From Carcharhinus longimanus (lineage: Eukaryota), in contig JASCQW010000001.1 in assembly GCA_030264375.1 (NCBI GenBank), positions 51,273,566 through 51,337,565 of the forward strand: DNA of 64,000 nt, given 5' to 3'. The translations under genes were made by a program, and so were the position numbers. This document shows, piece by piece, positions 13,150 to 25,994 of this stretch. A model generated the notes under the pieces. That model was not told the origin of the DNA. It did no database searches and was given only the letters and a program-made list of their open reading frames with translations. Each line of letters opens with the position of its first letter. Within the stretch, counting starts at the first letter, position 1.

Positions 13150-13890
13150 ACTCCTTCTCCAGCACCATCTCCCCAAATCAACCAGGATGTTCATCATACC
13201 AGGCAGCAGGATTTCCAAAGACTGAAACTACCCTCTTAACAGGCAGGACTTTTTTTTTCCACTTCATCTACTGTATGATGTTTTGCAGTTCCTCAATCTG
13301 AGCACCAAAATATGTGCCAGGGAGCTAAGACCTGAGATCATCGTCCACAACATCGCTCATAGTGGCAGCCATCATCTCAATGCCCATGGCACCATCGAAG
13401 CATGGGCCCATCTACCAGCAAAACCCCTCAGCAAACTGAGCCCCACCCTGGCCATCTTTGACCACTTCAACCAAACTGGTTCCCGTACGAGACCATACAC
13501 TGTCACGCCACATCTTGTACCGATATTAGGAGTCTGGTGTTCCCATTTTTCTGGGTTATCCTTTCATTGCTTCTCCTGGGATGTTGAGTTAGGCACCAGA
13601 TGGTTGAATATTAACCCATTGGGGGTCCCATATATTGTGTGGCTGTTATCCTGTGGAGGAGGGTTTGCACCATGGAGCCATTTGCTCACAAATGTATCCT
13701 GAGATTCCCTCACTCTTTCTGGTATCCTTTCGAGAGGTGTGGCCGACTACAACGATTGCAATGATTGCTAATTTGAACCATTCGTATGAATATTTGCTGG
13801 CCTTTTCAGTACGTTTGTGTAGAATAGTGATTGTACTGTACCAGATTTTTGGGTTAAATGTAAAATTTTCAATAAAAACATTTTAAAAAT
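13150..13890 (+). mobile_element. L1/Tx1-clade LINE 3' fragment (decayed)
   Basis: Peptide remnants such as WDVELG resembling the L1 C-terminal WE.DLG motif; ends in ttcaataaaaacattttaaaa. Confidence 0.45.
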
Positions 13891-13967
13891 ATTTGCCCAG
13901 GATTTTGTGGTCCACTTTGACACAAAAACAGAGGCATCTATTGCTAGGTAATTTATACAGAATGTGA

Positions 13968-13973
13968 TTTATT
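13968..13973 (-). terminator. Probable PIGO polyadenylation signal AATAAA
   Basis: TTTATT on + strand about 810 nt past the PIGO stop, after an AT-rich non-repetitive stretch; an ATTAAA variant occurs near 14130. Confidence 0.55.
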
Positions 13974-14780
13974 CAAACTGATGAAATTTGTACTTGGCTT
14001 ACAAGGATTCTATAAAATACTTCTGTACACTTTGTTTTAGTCATACAAAGTGACTGCATGATAACAGAGCAATTCCTCTAACAGGTTTACAATCAGGGCC
14101 ATCATTAACAATCTCATTCAAATTTATCATTTAATATTAAAAGTTTTGCACCTGTTTTTGTTTTGTAATTGTATCTGCTCAGCAATAAGAATTTGGCACT
14201 CTAGAAAACCTCACACTTCAACAGTAAGGTAAGGTCCTTCCATTTCAAAAGTCCTTAAATAACTAAATAAAATGATGACAGTTACAAAATATACAATCAG
14301 AAGTAATACAATTGACTGTAATTTAAAATGTCTCTTGTTTCATAATGAAGAACTTTACACGTAAAAAAGCAAAGACCCAAGACAATCGCAGACTGTATGC
14401 TTTTGTACCAGTACCATTTCTGCTGATGCTCTAAGAACTTAACACAAAGCTGTGTAGTGTTAAATGCACACTGTCATCTAATACAAATAGATTTTGCAAG
14501 TAATCATTTGTCAACTGTAAGAAATGGGAAAAAGTTCCAGTTTTCATTCACAGTGGTTTAAATCTCTTTTTCACTAGTGTGCGCAATTAAACTTCAGCAT
14601 TTGTTTGATAGTTACACAAGGCATTAAGGTAAATTGTGCTTCTTTTACAGCAGCATCTTCTGAGATACAGTACAGTAAGGTGAAGGATAATTTTCTCTTG
14701 GTATGCAGTTTGGTTGGCAATGTGTCCAATTTCACTATCTCCAGTAGTCTCTGCTATTTCTGTTGCAATAGTGTTGATAA

Positions 14781-14910
14781 CTATCTTGACTTCTGCAAAA
14801 GGAGTTCCTTAAACCATTTGTTGACACCAACATCTACACGTATCATGAAGCAAAAAGTGATGAGAAGGTAGATACTTGTCACAACAAAGCCCAAAGCCTC
14901 AAATAGAAAC
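14781..14910 (-). CDS. PIGO: GPI ethanolamine phosphate transferase 3 (PIG-O), last coding exon (10)
   Basis: Acceptor cttcacag|G; 130 nt; FLFEALGFVVTSIYLL...RVDVGVNKWFKELLLQKSR then TAG. Confidence 0.95.
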
Positions 14911-15379
14911 CTGTGAAGATAATGGGGAAGAAAGTAAGACAATAAACAAGTGAATCTGTTGCCAGGGATGGAGACAGACAAACATGCACACACACACACA
15001 TCTTACGCAAAGGGAACAATTTTCAATGATGCAAGTCCAAAAGCAGCTTGCTGAGGCACAGAATAGCAGTATTCCACATGGCATTGACCTCCTTTGATTC
15101 ATTAAATAGATATCAATAATCTGAGGGTAAACTGGCACCCTTTCTGACCTTGAAGAGAGTATCAGAGCCAAGACTTGTGACTACCAATCTAAGGAAAGCA
15201 TCAACATTGGTGATGAAATCAAAAGAGACAGCTTAAGATGGATTACACCTGTCACTTCGGGCAAGCAATCTCCCCATATGGATCCAGATAACCTTACAAG
15301 TTAATGCCCAAAATGACAGTGTTAACCTGGCTGGTTAAACAATGGAAAGTTACCAGTGCAGTGTTATTTATAATATTTT

Positions 15380-15760
15380 TTAATGAGATGTGGATATCAT
15401 TGGCAAGGCCAACATTTGTTGCCCATCCCTAATTGCCCCTGAAGTGAGTAGCTTACTAAGCCATTTCAGAGGACAGTTAAGTCAACCATATTGCCATGGA
15501 TCTGGAAACACGTGTAGGCCAGACCACATGAGGATGGTAATTTTTCCTTAAAAGGACATTAGTAAACCAGATGGGTTTCTACAACATCAATGATAGTTTC
15601 ATGGCAACATTACTGTGATTCACTTTCTTTTCCAAATTTAATTCACTGAATTCAAATTCCACCAGCTGCCATGTTGAGATTTGAACCCATGTCTCTCAGC
15701 ATTAGCCTGGTTTTCTGTCTCCCTAGTCCTGTGACATTACCACAATGCCACTCCCTCTCC
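15380..15760. mobile_element. Interspersed retroposon fragment (also at ~2605-2870)
   Basis: Two diverged copies gagatgtgg..atca.tggc.aggcc..cattt.ttgccc...aaggacat.agt.aa.cagatgggttt. Confidence 0.65.
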
Positions 15761-16179
15761 ATAATATATTACACATAATCAATTATCTTTGGGGGAAAAT
15801 GCTCAGAGTGATCTTTTGCAACTTCCTCTTCTGTTTTCATTCACTCTTTCCAAATTGCATTTTCTTTTACCCCACTGTTTTTCTTTGGTCTGAATTTTAA
15901 CAATATATATTAAAATGATTTTCTCATCTTGTCAGGTTCTCGTGCTTTCAGTAAATCATTCACATCACATCTCAAGGTGAAGTCACCAGTTCATTGATGA
16001 CCTAATCTCCAACAGTTACAATAAAATGTACATCACTGGCAATGCTGATTCACGTTTTCTCTAAAAACAGTTTACATAGTCAACTTAAGCAAATTATGCA
16101 CCAATTCTGATACAAAGGTGAAAATATACCTCATAAACCTAGACAATTTTAATTTCTAACAATTCAAAATCCCTTCAGT

Positions 16180-16460
16180 CCAGGAGGCCATTCGGCCCAT
16201 CGAGTCTGCACCAACCACAATCCACCCAAGTCTTATTTCCGTAACCAAACATATTTACCCTGCTAATCTCCCTGATACTAGCATATCACCAGCTAATCAA
16301 CCTAACCCATTCATCTTTGGACTGTGGGAAGGAATCGGAACACCTGGAGGAAACCCAAGACGACATAGGGAGAACGTGAAAACTTGAGTGACCCAAGGCC
16401 GGAATTGAACCTGGATCCCTGGTGCTGTGAGGCAACAGTGCTAACTACTGTGCCATCCAC
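16180..16460 (-). mobile_element. HE1/V-SINE-like SINE
   Basis: Head gcacagtagttagcactgttgcctcacagcaccaggg on the minus strand. Confidence 0.8.
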
Positions 16461-17045
16461 AAAGCACTATCTTTCTAGAAACACAACAAACCAATCCTAG
16501 TAGCTTATATAATTATACCACTGAAAACAATTATATCAGAATCACAACAGGGGAAGTGCAATAAGTTGCACAAAGTATTCTGTTTTTCTTTAGTTTGACA
16601 GTCCTTCACGTGAAGCAAGTAATGAGATTCAAAAAGGACAATCCTACACCTACACTGATAGAAGTAACTAAATGGAACCGCTTTATTAAGTGTCAAATTC
16701 ATTAGTTTATTTAGGCCTGTCCTTAAAATGTATGAAAAAATGGTGCTGTATTTATACACAAATTTCCATTTTTTTGTAAAAATGATTTCAGATAACGTAC
16801 TCACACGCAGACAGCAAATTAAGCACAACTTCATTGTAATAGGAATCTACATATGAAAAATCACATCATCTAAATTCTTGATTTTTTTCAATGATATATC
16901 ACCCAGGACTTTTCCTTAACTTCTAATGCACGATTAGTGAAATTAATATTGCTCCTTAGAAGAAAATCATTTCTTATTAATTCATGTAATTCAAATCCTA
17001 TGCTTCCTGATGCTGTTAGTTAACTACTATTGACGCAGAACATAC

Positions 17046-17116
17046 TTTGGAGCGAAGATCTTCCACACCATCAAGTGTCTCCTCAGTACAGCAGCAGCAC
17101 ACACAGAAGCAAGCAG
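17046..17116 (-). CDS. PIGO: PIGO coding exon 9
   Basis: Acceptor ctttctctatacag|, donor AA|gtatg; 71 nt; [24 protein letters not shown] carries the [12 protein letters not shown] hallmark of PIG-O/Gpi13. Not in the ORF track. Confidence 0.95.
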
Positions 17117-18717
17117 CTGTATAGAGAAAGAAAACAGCTTATTCAATTTTTCATTAATTGCCAAAAGAAGAACATGGAACATCTTAAATTGTAACCAGAA
17201 CTAGAGGGCACAGCATCAAAATAAGCAGCGGCAGCGGAGCGTTTAGAACACAATTGAAGAGGAACTTCTTCACTCAGAGGGTGGTGAATCTCTGGAATTC
17301 TCTGCCCATTGAAGTGGTGGAGGCTACCTCATTGAATATATTTAAGTCACGGGTNNNNNNNNNNNNNNNNNNNNNNNNNNNNNNNNNNNNNNNNNNNNNN
17401 NNNNNNNNNNNNNNATGATCTTACTGAATGGTGAGGCAGGCTCGAAGGGCTAGATGGCCTACTCCTGCTCCTATTTCTTACGTTCTTATGTAAGTATGTA
17501 TTTTTTCAAATGCAAAGCAGCCTTTCTTTTAAACGAGCATTTCCTGATTTTCCTGCTTTTAAAAAAGGCTTACGGAATTTGGATCAAGTAATATCTGCAC
17601 TATCACTTGTTGCTTAGTTTAAACATTTCTAATTAAAGCTGCTCTGCCCAACAGTTTGTATTTAAAATTTCCAATCTACACTTAAAAGCTTTTTATCTTC
17701 AAAGCAATACTGGGCATAAAAATATTTACATTTCTTCCCCTTGGTAGATTTTAGAAGGTTATCCTTTGTAAACTCACACCATTTGCCTCTATTATTCACC
17801 TCTAGATTCAAGTTATTGAATTTGCAGGGGCCAGTTTACACACACATCACACTCCAGAAGTTCACGTGAAAAAAAACTTCAAACACATCTTTTACAGAGC
17901 AAGATCTCCTAGTTACTAATGCAGTCATCACAATTTTTAATATTTTAGTACAAATACCAGCTGCTTGTCCAGTTTCCACATGACATTCATGTCTGATTAA
18001 AAAAAAAGTGAGACAGAAAAAAACTTTTGCTTTCCAATCGGACAGCACATAACTAAAAAAAAGATATATCATACTGATTTTGAGGCAGCAAACTCAGTTT
18101 ATACATTATGTTCAAGATTTGCTCATGCTGTTACTCAAACACAGGCTCCCATCCCCATTAACATTGGAATTTGTACTGCAACAGAACACATGCTTTAAAT
18201 TGGTAATCAAGAACTGCTGTCTCCAACCTGGGGAAATATTAGGGCTTCATTACAAGAGCATAACAAAGTGTTCACACTGGGTGCTGGTTACTCTGCAAGC
18301 TCGGAAATAAATATTTCAGGTGAAGACTACATGTGGGATGTGAGTTTCAAAACAAAGTTATTGACAGGACAGGAATAGACTTTAAGGTAGGAGTCAGGGG
18401 ACTCAAATATTCTGGATCAAAAATAAAACCACATGGATCCGAGCTAACTTTACACCAGCATTCATACGTAGAAAGTGTTAGCTCTATTGCAGTAAGTCGA
18501 GATAGATCCTCACAAAGATGCAAAGGTTTCCAAAGATGAAACAGAGCAGCTGTGAAACCTGAATGGACAATTAAATTGGCTGGGGACACGAAAGCTCGTT
18601 TCAAATTTTGATGTTCATGAACTGAGTTCTATAGTGAAACATCCCAAGGCCCAGGACGTCTTACAGATGAACAAAACATTAAAAAACATTAAAGATGGAA
18701 AAACGTGCACTGAAATT

Positions 18718-21700
18718 GATTCGCTTTATTATTGTCACGTGTATTAGTAAACAGTGAAAAGTATTGCTACACAGACAAAGCATACCATTCATACAGAAGG
18801 AAAGGAGAGGGTGCAGAATGTAGTGATAGTCTTATAGTGTCGGTGTTGGGGGACCAGGACAGGTTGTCGGTGATCTGGACACCTAAAGAAGCTCTCGACC
18901 CTTTCTACTTCATCCTTGTTGATGTAGACAGGGGCACGTTCTCCTTTATGCTTCCTGAAGTTGATGACAACTGCAGAGGGGTTGTAGAGACTGGGTCATG
19001 ACGTACATTCAAGGCTGAGATAGAGAGATTTTTAATCTGTAAGGGAATCAATGGTTATCCATAGAATCCCTACAGTGTTGAAGGAGGCCATTCGGCCCAT
19101 AGAGTCTGCACCGACTCTCCGAAAGAGCACCTTAGCGAGGACCACCCCCCCCCTCCGTATCCCTGTGTGTTTACTGTGGCTAATCCACCTAACCTACACA
19201 TTGTTGGACACTGAGGAAGAATTTAGCATGGCCAATACACCTAACCTGCATATCTTTGGATCGTGGGAGGAAATCCACACAGATAAGGGAAAAAAAACAT
19301 ATTGCGCAGTCACCCGAGGCCAGAATCGAACCTGGGTCTCTGGCGCTGAGACACAGCAGTGTTAACTACTATGCCACCTGGGTTTTGGGGATAAAGCAGG
19401 AACGTGCAGTTGAGCATTATCACAAAATCGGTTATGATTTCATTGAATGACAGAACAAATTCATCAACTTTTACAGATACCACATAGAAAACAGATGTGT
19501 CACAGCCTGACATGGTTCCTGCTCTGACCAAGACCACAAGAAACTACAAAAGGTCATGAACGAAACCCAGACCATCACGCAAACCAGCCTCCCAGCCATT
19601 GACTCAGTCTACACTTCCCGCTGCCTCGGCAAAGCAGCCAGCATAATCAAGGACCTCACGTACCCCGGACATTCTCTCTTCCACCTTCTTCTGTCGGGAA
19701 AAAGATTCAAAAGTCTGAGATTTCGTACCAACCGACTCAAGAAACCCTGCTGCTGTCAGACTTTTGAATGGACCTACCTTGTAGTAAGTTGATCTTTCAC
19801 TACACCCTAGCTATGACTGTAACACTACATTCTGCGTCCTCTCCTTTCCTTCACCCTGATGTGCTCCATGAACGGTATGCTTTAAGCAGGCAGGAAACAA
19901 CACTTTTCACTGTACCCCAATACCTGGGACAATATCTGGGGGAATGTTAAATTGCCCCTTAGTGTCAGGGAGATTAGCAGAGTAAATACATGGGGTTACA
20001 GGGATGGGGTCTGGATGGGATTGTTGATGGTGTAGACTCGATGGGCCGAATGGCCTCCTTTGCACTGTAGGGATTCTACGATGATTGTAGCTTCAGTTAG
20101 GGGGTGAATTCCAGGATTTTGACCTGGGATGATGTTGGAATGAGGTGAGTTTTTGCGAGCTATCTCCAATATACTCTCTAATTCTATCTTTTACACTCAT
20201 TATAAGCTTTAAAAATTGTACCTTAATCCTTTTAAACTACGTACATTAAGTTGATCTTCCTCTACACCCTAGATATGACACTACATTCTGCACCCTCTCG
20301 TTTCCTCCTCCTCTATGTACTCTATGAACAGTGTGCTTTGTCTGTACAGCATGCAAGAAACAATACTTTTCATGGTATCACAACACATGTCACGATAATA
20401 AATCAAATCAAATCAAATGTGAATAGTTATCTTCACCGTCCCATGTCCTAGCCTCATTCCCATATCTTGCCCTCATTCATTCAACTACCTAACTAACCTT
20501 CTCTTAAGCGTTCACACGATCTGTGCTAAATCAAAAGAGACGCAGGGTGGTTTGATTGATGGGTTAACACACAGGACAGGGGAGTCACACTTAGTGAGAG
20601 ACACACTGCGGCAAAGAGAGCAGAGGTGGAGAGACTCTTCCCGCTCAAAAAAGACAGTAGGACTAGGGGGCACAGCCTCAAGATAAAGGGGGGGCGTTNN
20701 NNNNNNNNNNNNNNNNNNNNNNNNNNNNNNNNNNNNNNNNNNNNNNNNNNNNNNNNNNNNNNNNNNNNNNNNNNNNNNNNNNNNNNNNNNNNNNNNNNAG
20801 GGTCATTGCTTTTTTAATTGGTCGGCGCAACATCGTGGGCCGAAGGGCCTGTTCTGCGCTGTTATGTTCTATGTTAACTAGGGGATTTTCACAGTAACTT
20901 CATTGCAATATTGATGTAAGCCGACTTATGACACTATTTAACCTTTCTTTTCCCCTGTGTACTTTATGAATGGTATGTTCTGTCTCTGTAGCATGCAAGA
21001 AGCAATACTTTGTTCTGGGGGATCCAGGTTTGAATCCTGCCACAGCAGATGGTGGAATTTGAATTCAAGTAAAAATATTCTGGAATTAAGAATTTACTGA
21101 CAACCCGTTGTTGGAAAAACCTATCTGGTTCCCTTTAGGGAAGGAAATCTGCCGTCATTACCCTGGTCTGGCCTACTGTGACTCCAGAGCCACAGCAATA
21201 TGGTTAATCCTCAACTGTCCCTCTGAGCAAGGGCAACTAGGGTTGGGCAATAAATGCTGGCCCGGCTAGCGACGCCCATGTCCCACAAATGAATTCTACA
21301 AAAAGAGTAGGCGGTCAAGTCAGCACAGTGGCACAATGGGTAACACCGCTGCGCCTCAGCGCCAGGGGTCTGGGTTCAGTTCCCGGTTCGGGTCACTGTC
21401 CATGTGGAGTTTGCACATTCTCCCCATGTCTGCATGGGTTTCCTCCCACAGTCCGAAAGACAGGCTGATTAGGGTGCGTTGGCTGTGCCAAATTCTCCCT
21501 CTGTACCTGAGCAGGTGCCGGAGTGTGGCAACTGGAGGATTTTCACAGTAATTTCATTGCAGTATGAATGTAAGCCTTCCTTGTGACATTTCTTACACTT
21601 TCCTTCTCTCCTTTGTGTTCTGGCATGTTCTGTCTGTATAGCACACAAGAAACAATACTTACCCAATACATGTGACAATAAATCAAATCAAAGGGATGTT

Positions 21701-22560
21701 GAGTTGCCCATGCAGCTTGGGAACTGTGGATCCGCTCTGTAACCTCCGCAAATTTGTTATATTCTACTGTTGGGCGTAATGTAAGCACACGCACACACCC
21801 CTCCACCCATGGGCACCACTTTGGGAATGTTGTGATTCTCTTTTTGACGTCAGGGCTTGAGCGTGATACTTAGACAGAAGCTGCAGTACGGAGGGTGTGC
21901 TGCTTTGCTGGGCAGGCTGCCCCTCAGACAAGACAAAGCTTAAACCACGGCAGCTCCTCCATTTGTTCAAAAGGACACTTAGAGTCAAGGTGTCTGTTAG
22001 CAAAGGAGTAAGGAGCTATCTACCCATTGTTCCTCCACCAATTAACATGCACAATGCAGATCAAGCATTTCTTTTTGCTCTGGGGTCTTGTTGGCCATTG
22101 AATTCTGAGAGCTATTGATTTAATGGGGAGCACTTTGAAACATTTTGATGCTTTGTAAGACTTTATGTAAATGCTGGCATTTCTTTTGCTTTTTGGGCAA
22201 TTTCTCGACGCTGGTGGCTTCACTGATCAGCATGTTTTAATACTGGGCAGCACCAGCTGCTTTTAAACTGTGGGAAGCCAGACAAGCCTGCTCCTGGTGT
22301 TTACATTGCTTAAGTCCTTTTGATTTGATTTATTATTGTTTATTATCTACTTATTATTAGAAACAGCGATAAGTATTGTTTCTTGCCTGCTGTACAGACA
22401 GAACATACCATTCATACAGAAGGAAAGGAGAGGGTGCAGAATGTAGTGTTACAGTCATAGCTAGGGTGTAGAGAAAGATCAACTTAAGAGGTAATGGCAG
22501 CAGAGAAGAAGCTGTTGTTGAGTCGGTTGGTGTGTAACCTCAGACTTTTGTATCCTTTTC
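18718..22560. repeat. Cluster of Rex1/Babar-like LINE 3' ends, SINEs, a CR1 end and a Deu-SINE
   Basis: About six copies of the ctacaccctagctatgactgtaacactacattctgc family in both orientations; SINEs at 19060-19380(-) and 21320-21590(+); Deu-SINE at 21850-22190. Confidence 0.75.
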
Positions 22561-22944
22561 CTGAAATTTCTCTTTTTGGGCAATCCCAAGAATATAAAAT
22601 TGATTATGTTCAACAACATTGCCTAAGCAAGCCTTCTTGATGACTTATCAAGTGCCATAGGTTTCACAATATTTGTCGGTGAAAATGAGAAATGTTACTT
22701 CTTGGCTTGGGAAGCCAAGAAAATAACGTGAGTAGTAAAAAGCACCCTGCTACAGAGACACTCACACTCGTAGAGGCATTCATTTTACCTAAAATATTAG
22801 GGGAAATATTACATGGAGAAAATGACAAAGAAAATGTCCCATTAGAATGTTATATTGACAATCAATCCTTTTGGGATAACATACAATCCACAAAGAGTTC
22901 CAGTGAAAAAAGATTGTGAATTGATTTTGCAAGTCTAAAGTTTT

Positions 22945-23220
22945 GTGGGGCACAGTAGTTAGCACTGCTGCCTCACAGTGCCAGAGGTCCAGGTCCAATT
23001 TCAGCCTTGGGTCAGTGTCTGCATCAAGTTTTCACTTTTTCCCTGTGTCTGTGTCGGTCTCCTTCCACAGTCCAACGATGTGCAGGTTAGGGTGATTGGC
23101 CATGATAAATTGACCTTAGTGTTAGGGGGATTAGCAGGGTAAATGCGTGGGGTTAGGGGAATAGGGCTTGGGTGGGATCGTAGTTGGTACAGACTTGATG
23201 GGCCGAATGGCCTCCTTCTA
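22945..23220 (+). mobile_element. HE1/V-SINE-like SINE inserted in the Copia RNase H
   Basis: ggcacagtagttagcactgctgcctcacagtgccag head and tail. Confidence 0.85.
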
Positions 23221-23952
23221 TGAAATATTGGAGAAAAAGGAAATCTTTAAGCTCCAATGGCTTGATACAAGCCATCAGATTGTTTCACCAAAAACTTGCT
23301 TGTAATGAAAAAATATTGAGGGTATTGGAAGAGGGAGGGCTCAGGATGAGAGTTTTGAAAACACGTGACATATTTCTATCTCCAGTTTTTTTGGTTGCAA
23401 AGAAAATGCATTTGTTATATTTTCCTATAAAACAAAAGGGAATTTGTTAATGTTGAAACTGTGCTGTACAGAACACATGCCTTTAAGTTGGTAATCAAGA
23501 CCAGCTGTCCCCAATTGGGAAGCATTAAGACTCCATTGCAAGAGTATAAAAAGATGTTCACACCTTTGGGGAATTGGGAAAGTCTGTGTCTTTGCACTGC
23601 AGGTTTGGAAATAAATCTCTCAAAGTACAGGCTGGCTTCAGACTTGTTCTTTCCTCCCCATATGCATTTATTCCACATTAAAAAGTGATGAGCTGCATTC
23701 TTGAACACTCCTTAGCAGCTCAGTACTAAGTTAAGAGTTATACAAATTACTGTGGTCAGATATCACCTATAAACAGGACTGAGTACTCCCATAGTAGAGA
23801 ATGCTCAACTCAATGGTTATATTTTAAATATCTGCAATCTGATACACAATGTTGTTCATCAAATGTTGTGTCATTGTGGCTAATTCATTATTTACTGACA
23901 GCACAACTGCAAAATTACAATAATTCAGTATTGAACTGGCAACATAAAGTAC

Positions 23953-24140
23953 CTGCACACCGTAGACAAATAAGTAGCGCATTCCCAGTTGCAGCATGGC
24001 TACAGAAAACATCTGAGGATTTTCTCGCAACCTCATTTCCATCATTGGATCCTCATCTCCAGATTCCTTTTTGATGTTCTTGTTTTTAGAGTTTTTCATT
24101 TCACGTACGAATGGCCAAAGCAGCAACAGGGGGGATCCAA
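23953..24140 (-). CDS. PIGO: PIGO coding exon 8
   Basis: Acceptor gaggtag|TT, donor CAG|gtactt; 188 nt; VGSPLLLLWPF...DPMMEMRLRE...QLGMRYLFVYGVQ. Confidence 0.92.
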
Positions 24141-24379
24141 CTACCTCAAGAATATTACTGAAAAGTCAGTTAAAAGTTTCAATGCATTTATTGCAAGCCT
24201 GATACTCTTAGTTGCTTTTAGCCAGCATTTCTCACATAAATGCATATCTAGTAACTCAGTTATCCAAGAAGCTGGTAATAAGCAATATAATTACATGATA
24301 TGCAGTATACCATAGGTAACGTTCTATAAATTTTACCTCTTTTGTCATTCCTAGAGATGGTAACCAAGAATGGGGTACG

Positions 24380-24990
24380 GTTCCACAGCCCTCTGGAGCA
24401 TCATTCATTCACCTTCAGGCACAGAGTAGAAGCCAGAAAGTGATGCTAAACTGAGAGTCTGACCCAGCTGAAGGGTTGTGTTCAGTTGAGGGCACCACAT
24501 TTTAGGAAGGATGTGAAAACTTTGGAGTGGTTAAGAAGAAATTTACTGGAGTGGTTTCAGAGATGAAGGATTATAGTCACATGAATAGATTGGAGAAGCT
24601 GGGTTTATTCTCCTTCAAGCAAGAAAGCTAAGAGGAGATGTGATGGAGCTTTAAATCTTGAAGGGTTTAGATAGAATGAGTAAAGAGAAACTGTTTCTAA
24701 AGGCTGAAGGGTTGGTAACCGGAGGGCACAAATTTAACCTAACTGGTAAAAGAACCAGGGATGACACGAAGAAAAGTCTTTTAAGCAACTAATGGTTAGG
24801 ATTTAGAATGCACTGTCCTCTTGGGTAGTGAATATCATTTCTATTGAAGCCTTCAAAAAGGAATTAGATAAATACTTGAAGGACAAAAAAAACAGGAACA
24901 TGGAGAATAAGCAGGTGAGTGGGAAGAACCAAATCACTCTTTGAAACAGTTGGGTAAACTCGGTGGGCTGAATGGGCTATTCCGTAATTA
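24380..24990 (+). mobile_element. CR1-type LINE 3' fragment (old)
   Basis: Decayed PHFRKDV..LE.V and RLEKLGLFS motifs. Confidence 0.75.
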
Positions 24991-25994
24991 AAATCCTGTA
25001 ATTCACAACAGACTAAGCATCAAATCTAGTCAGTATGCCTCAGATACACAGTGGATAACAAATTTATGCTCAACTTTATTAGGCCAGATTTTATGTCTAA
25101 GTAAAAGTGCAGGTCATGGCACTCGGCTTTACTTATGCACAAATGGTACAGCAACTTCAGGCAAAAAGAAATTAGTTTAAGTGGCAATCTGCCTCACTGT
25201 TGACATGAATTGAATGCTATAAAGTTGCCACATTTGATGATTGATACTAACTAAATTCTCCACATAATAATGCCTTGTCATTTCAAGTATCATTTTAACA
25301 TGATGATTAGTCATTACTGCCAATCAACCTGTCTTGGCACAGAATGCATCATTACATCATGCAATCTCATTCCTTTGGATTGACTGTGGGAAATATTTTA
25401 AAAAGCAAAACTTGTTTTCATTTTTCCTTTCACTCGATCCAATCTTACTTTCCTCTTCTGTTTCTTTCTGTACCTGATTTGAGATGGAATTCACCCACAT
25501 TGATTTGGACTTCCTTCTCTGTCTGTGCACTGTTTATTTCACAATCCCTCAATCTGATTCTTTAAGGGGATATATTGTTGCTTGCTCTGTTCACTCCGAT
25601 TCAAGTTCCAGTTTTCTCTCAGACTTTAATGACAGTTTGCATAATATGTCATGTAAGAATTCTAAAATCAAAATGGGTTAGGCATGTCTGTCCCATTACA
25701 ACAAACAAAATCTGGGCCTATTCTCCCCCGATTATCTATCACACATTTATTCTTACTCCAGAACACAACACACAGGGAGAATGATGTATTGGTAAAACCA
25801 TAACTAACACTATTTGGTAGCCTGACAAACATGATTTGAGTTGCAGCAGTTTAAGTTCAGATGATGCACAGAGATGAACCAGTTACAAATGGATACAATT
25901 TAGTATAATTCCTATTACTATACTTGTGATCATACTTTCAAATTTCAGAGCACTTGGACAATTTACTGTATCAGCTACAGGTTCTAATAGAATT

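Larger units (their letters stand above)
18156..23707 (+). mobile_element. Ty1/Copia LTR retrotransposon relic, internally deleted and split by insertions
   Basis: Related LTRs at 18156-18328 and 23446-23707 (TG...CA); purine tract before the 3' LTR; RT remnant 18330-18717 (LHQHSYVESV, GQLNWL, FDVHELS); RNase H remnant 22561-23350 (LAWEAKK...VVKSTL, YIDNQS, EKRL). Confidence 0.75.

Noticed and set aside
13283-13702. 139-aa ORF between PIGO and FANCG
   Set aside because: Non-ATG start, lies in a decayed LINE-like fragment, no splice support
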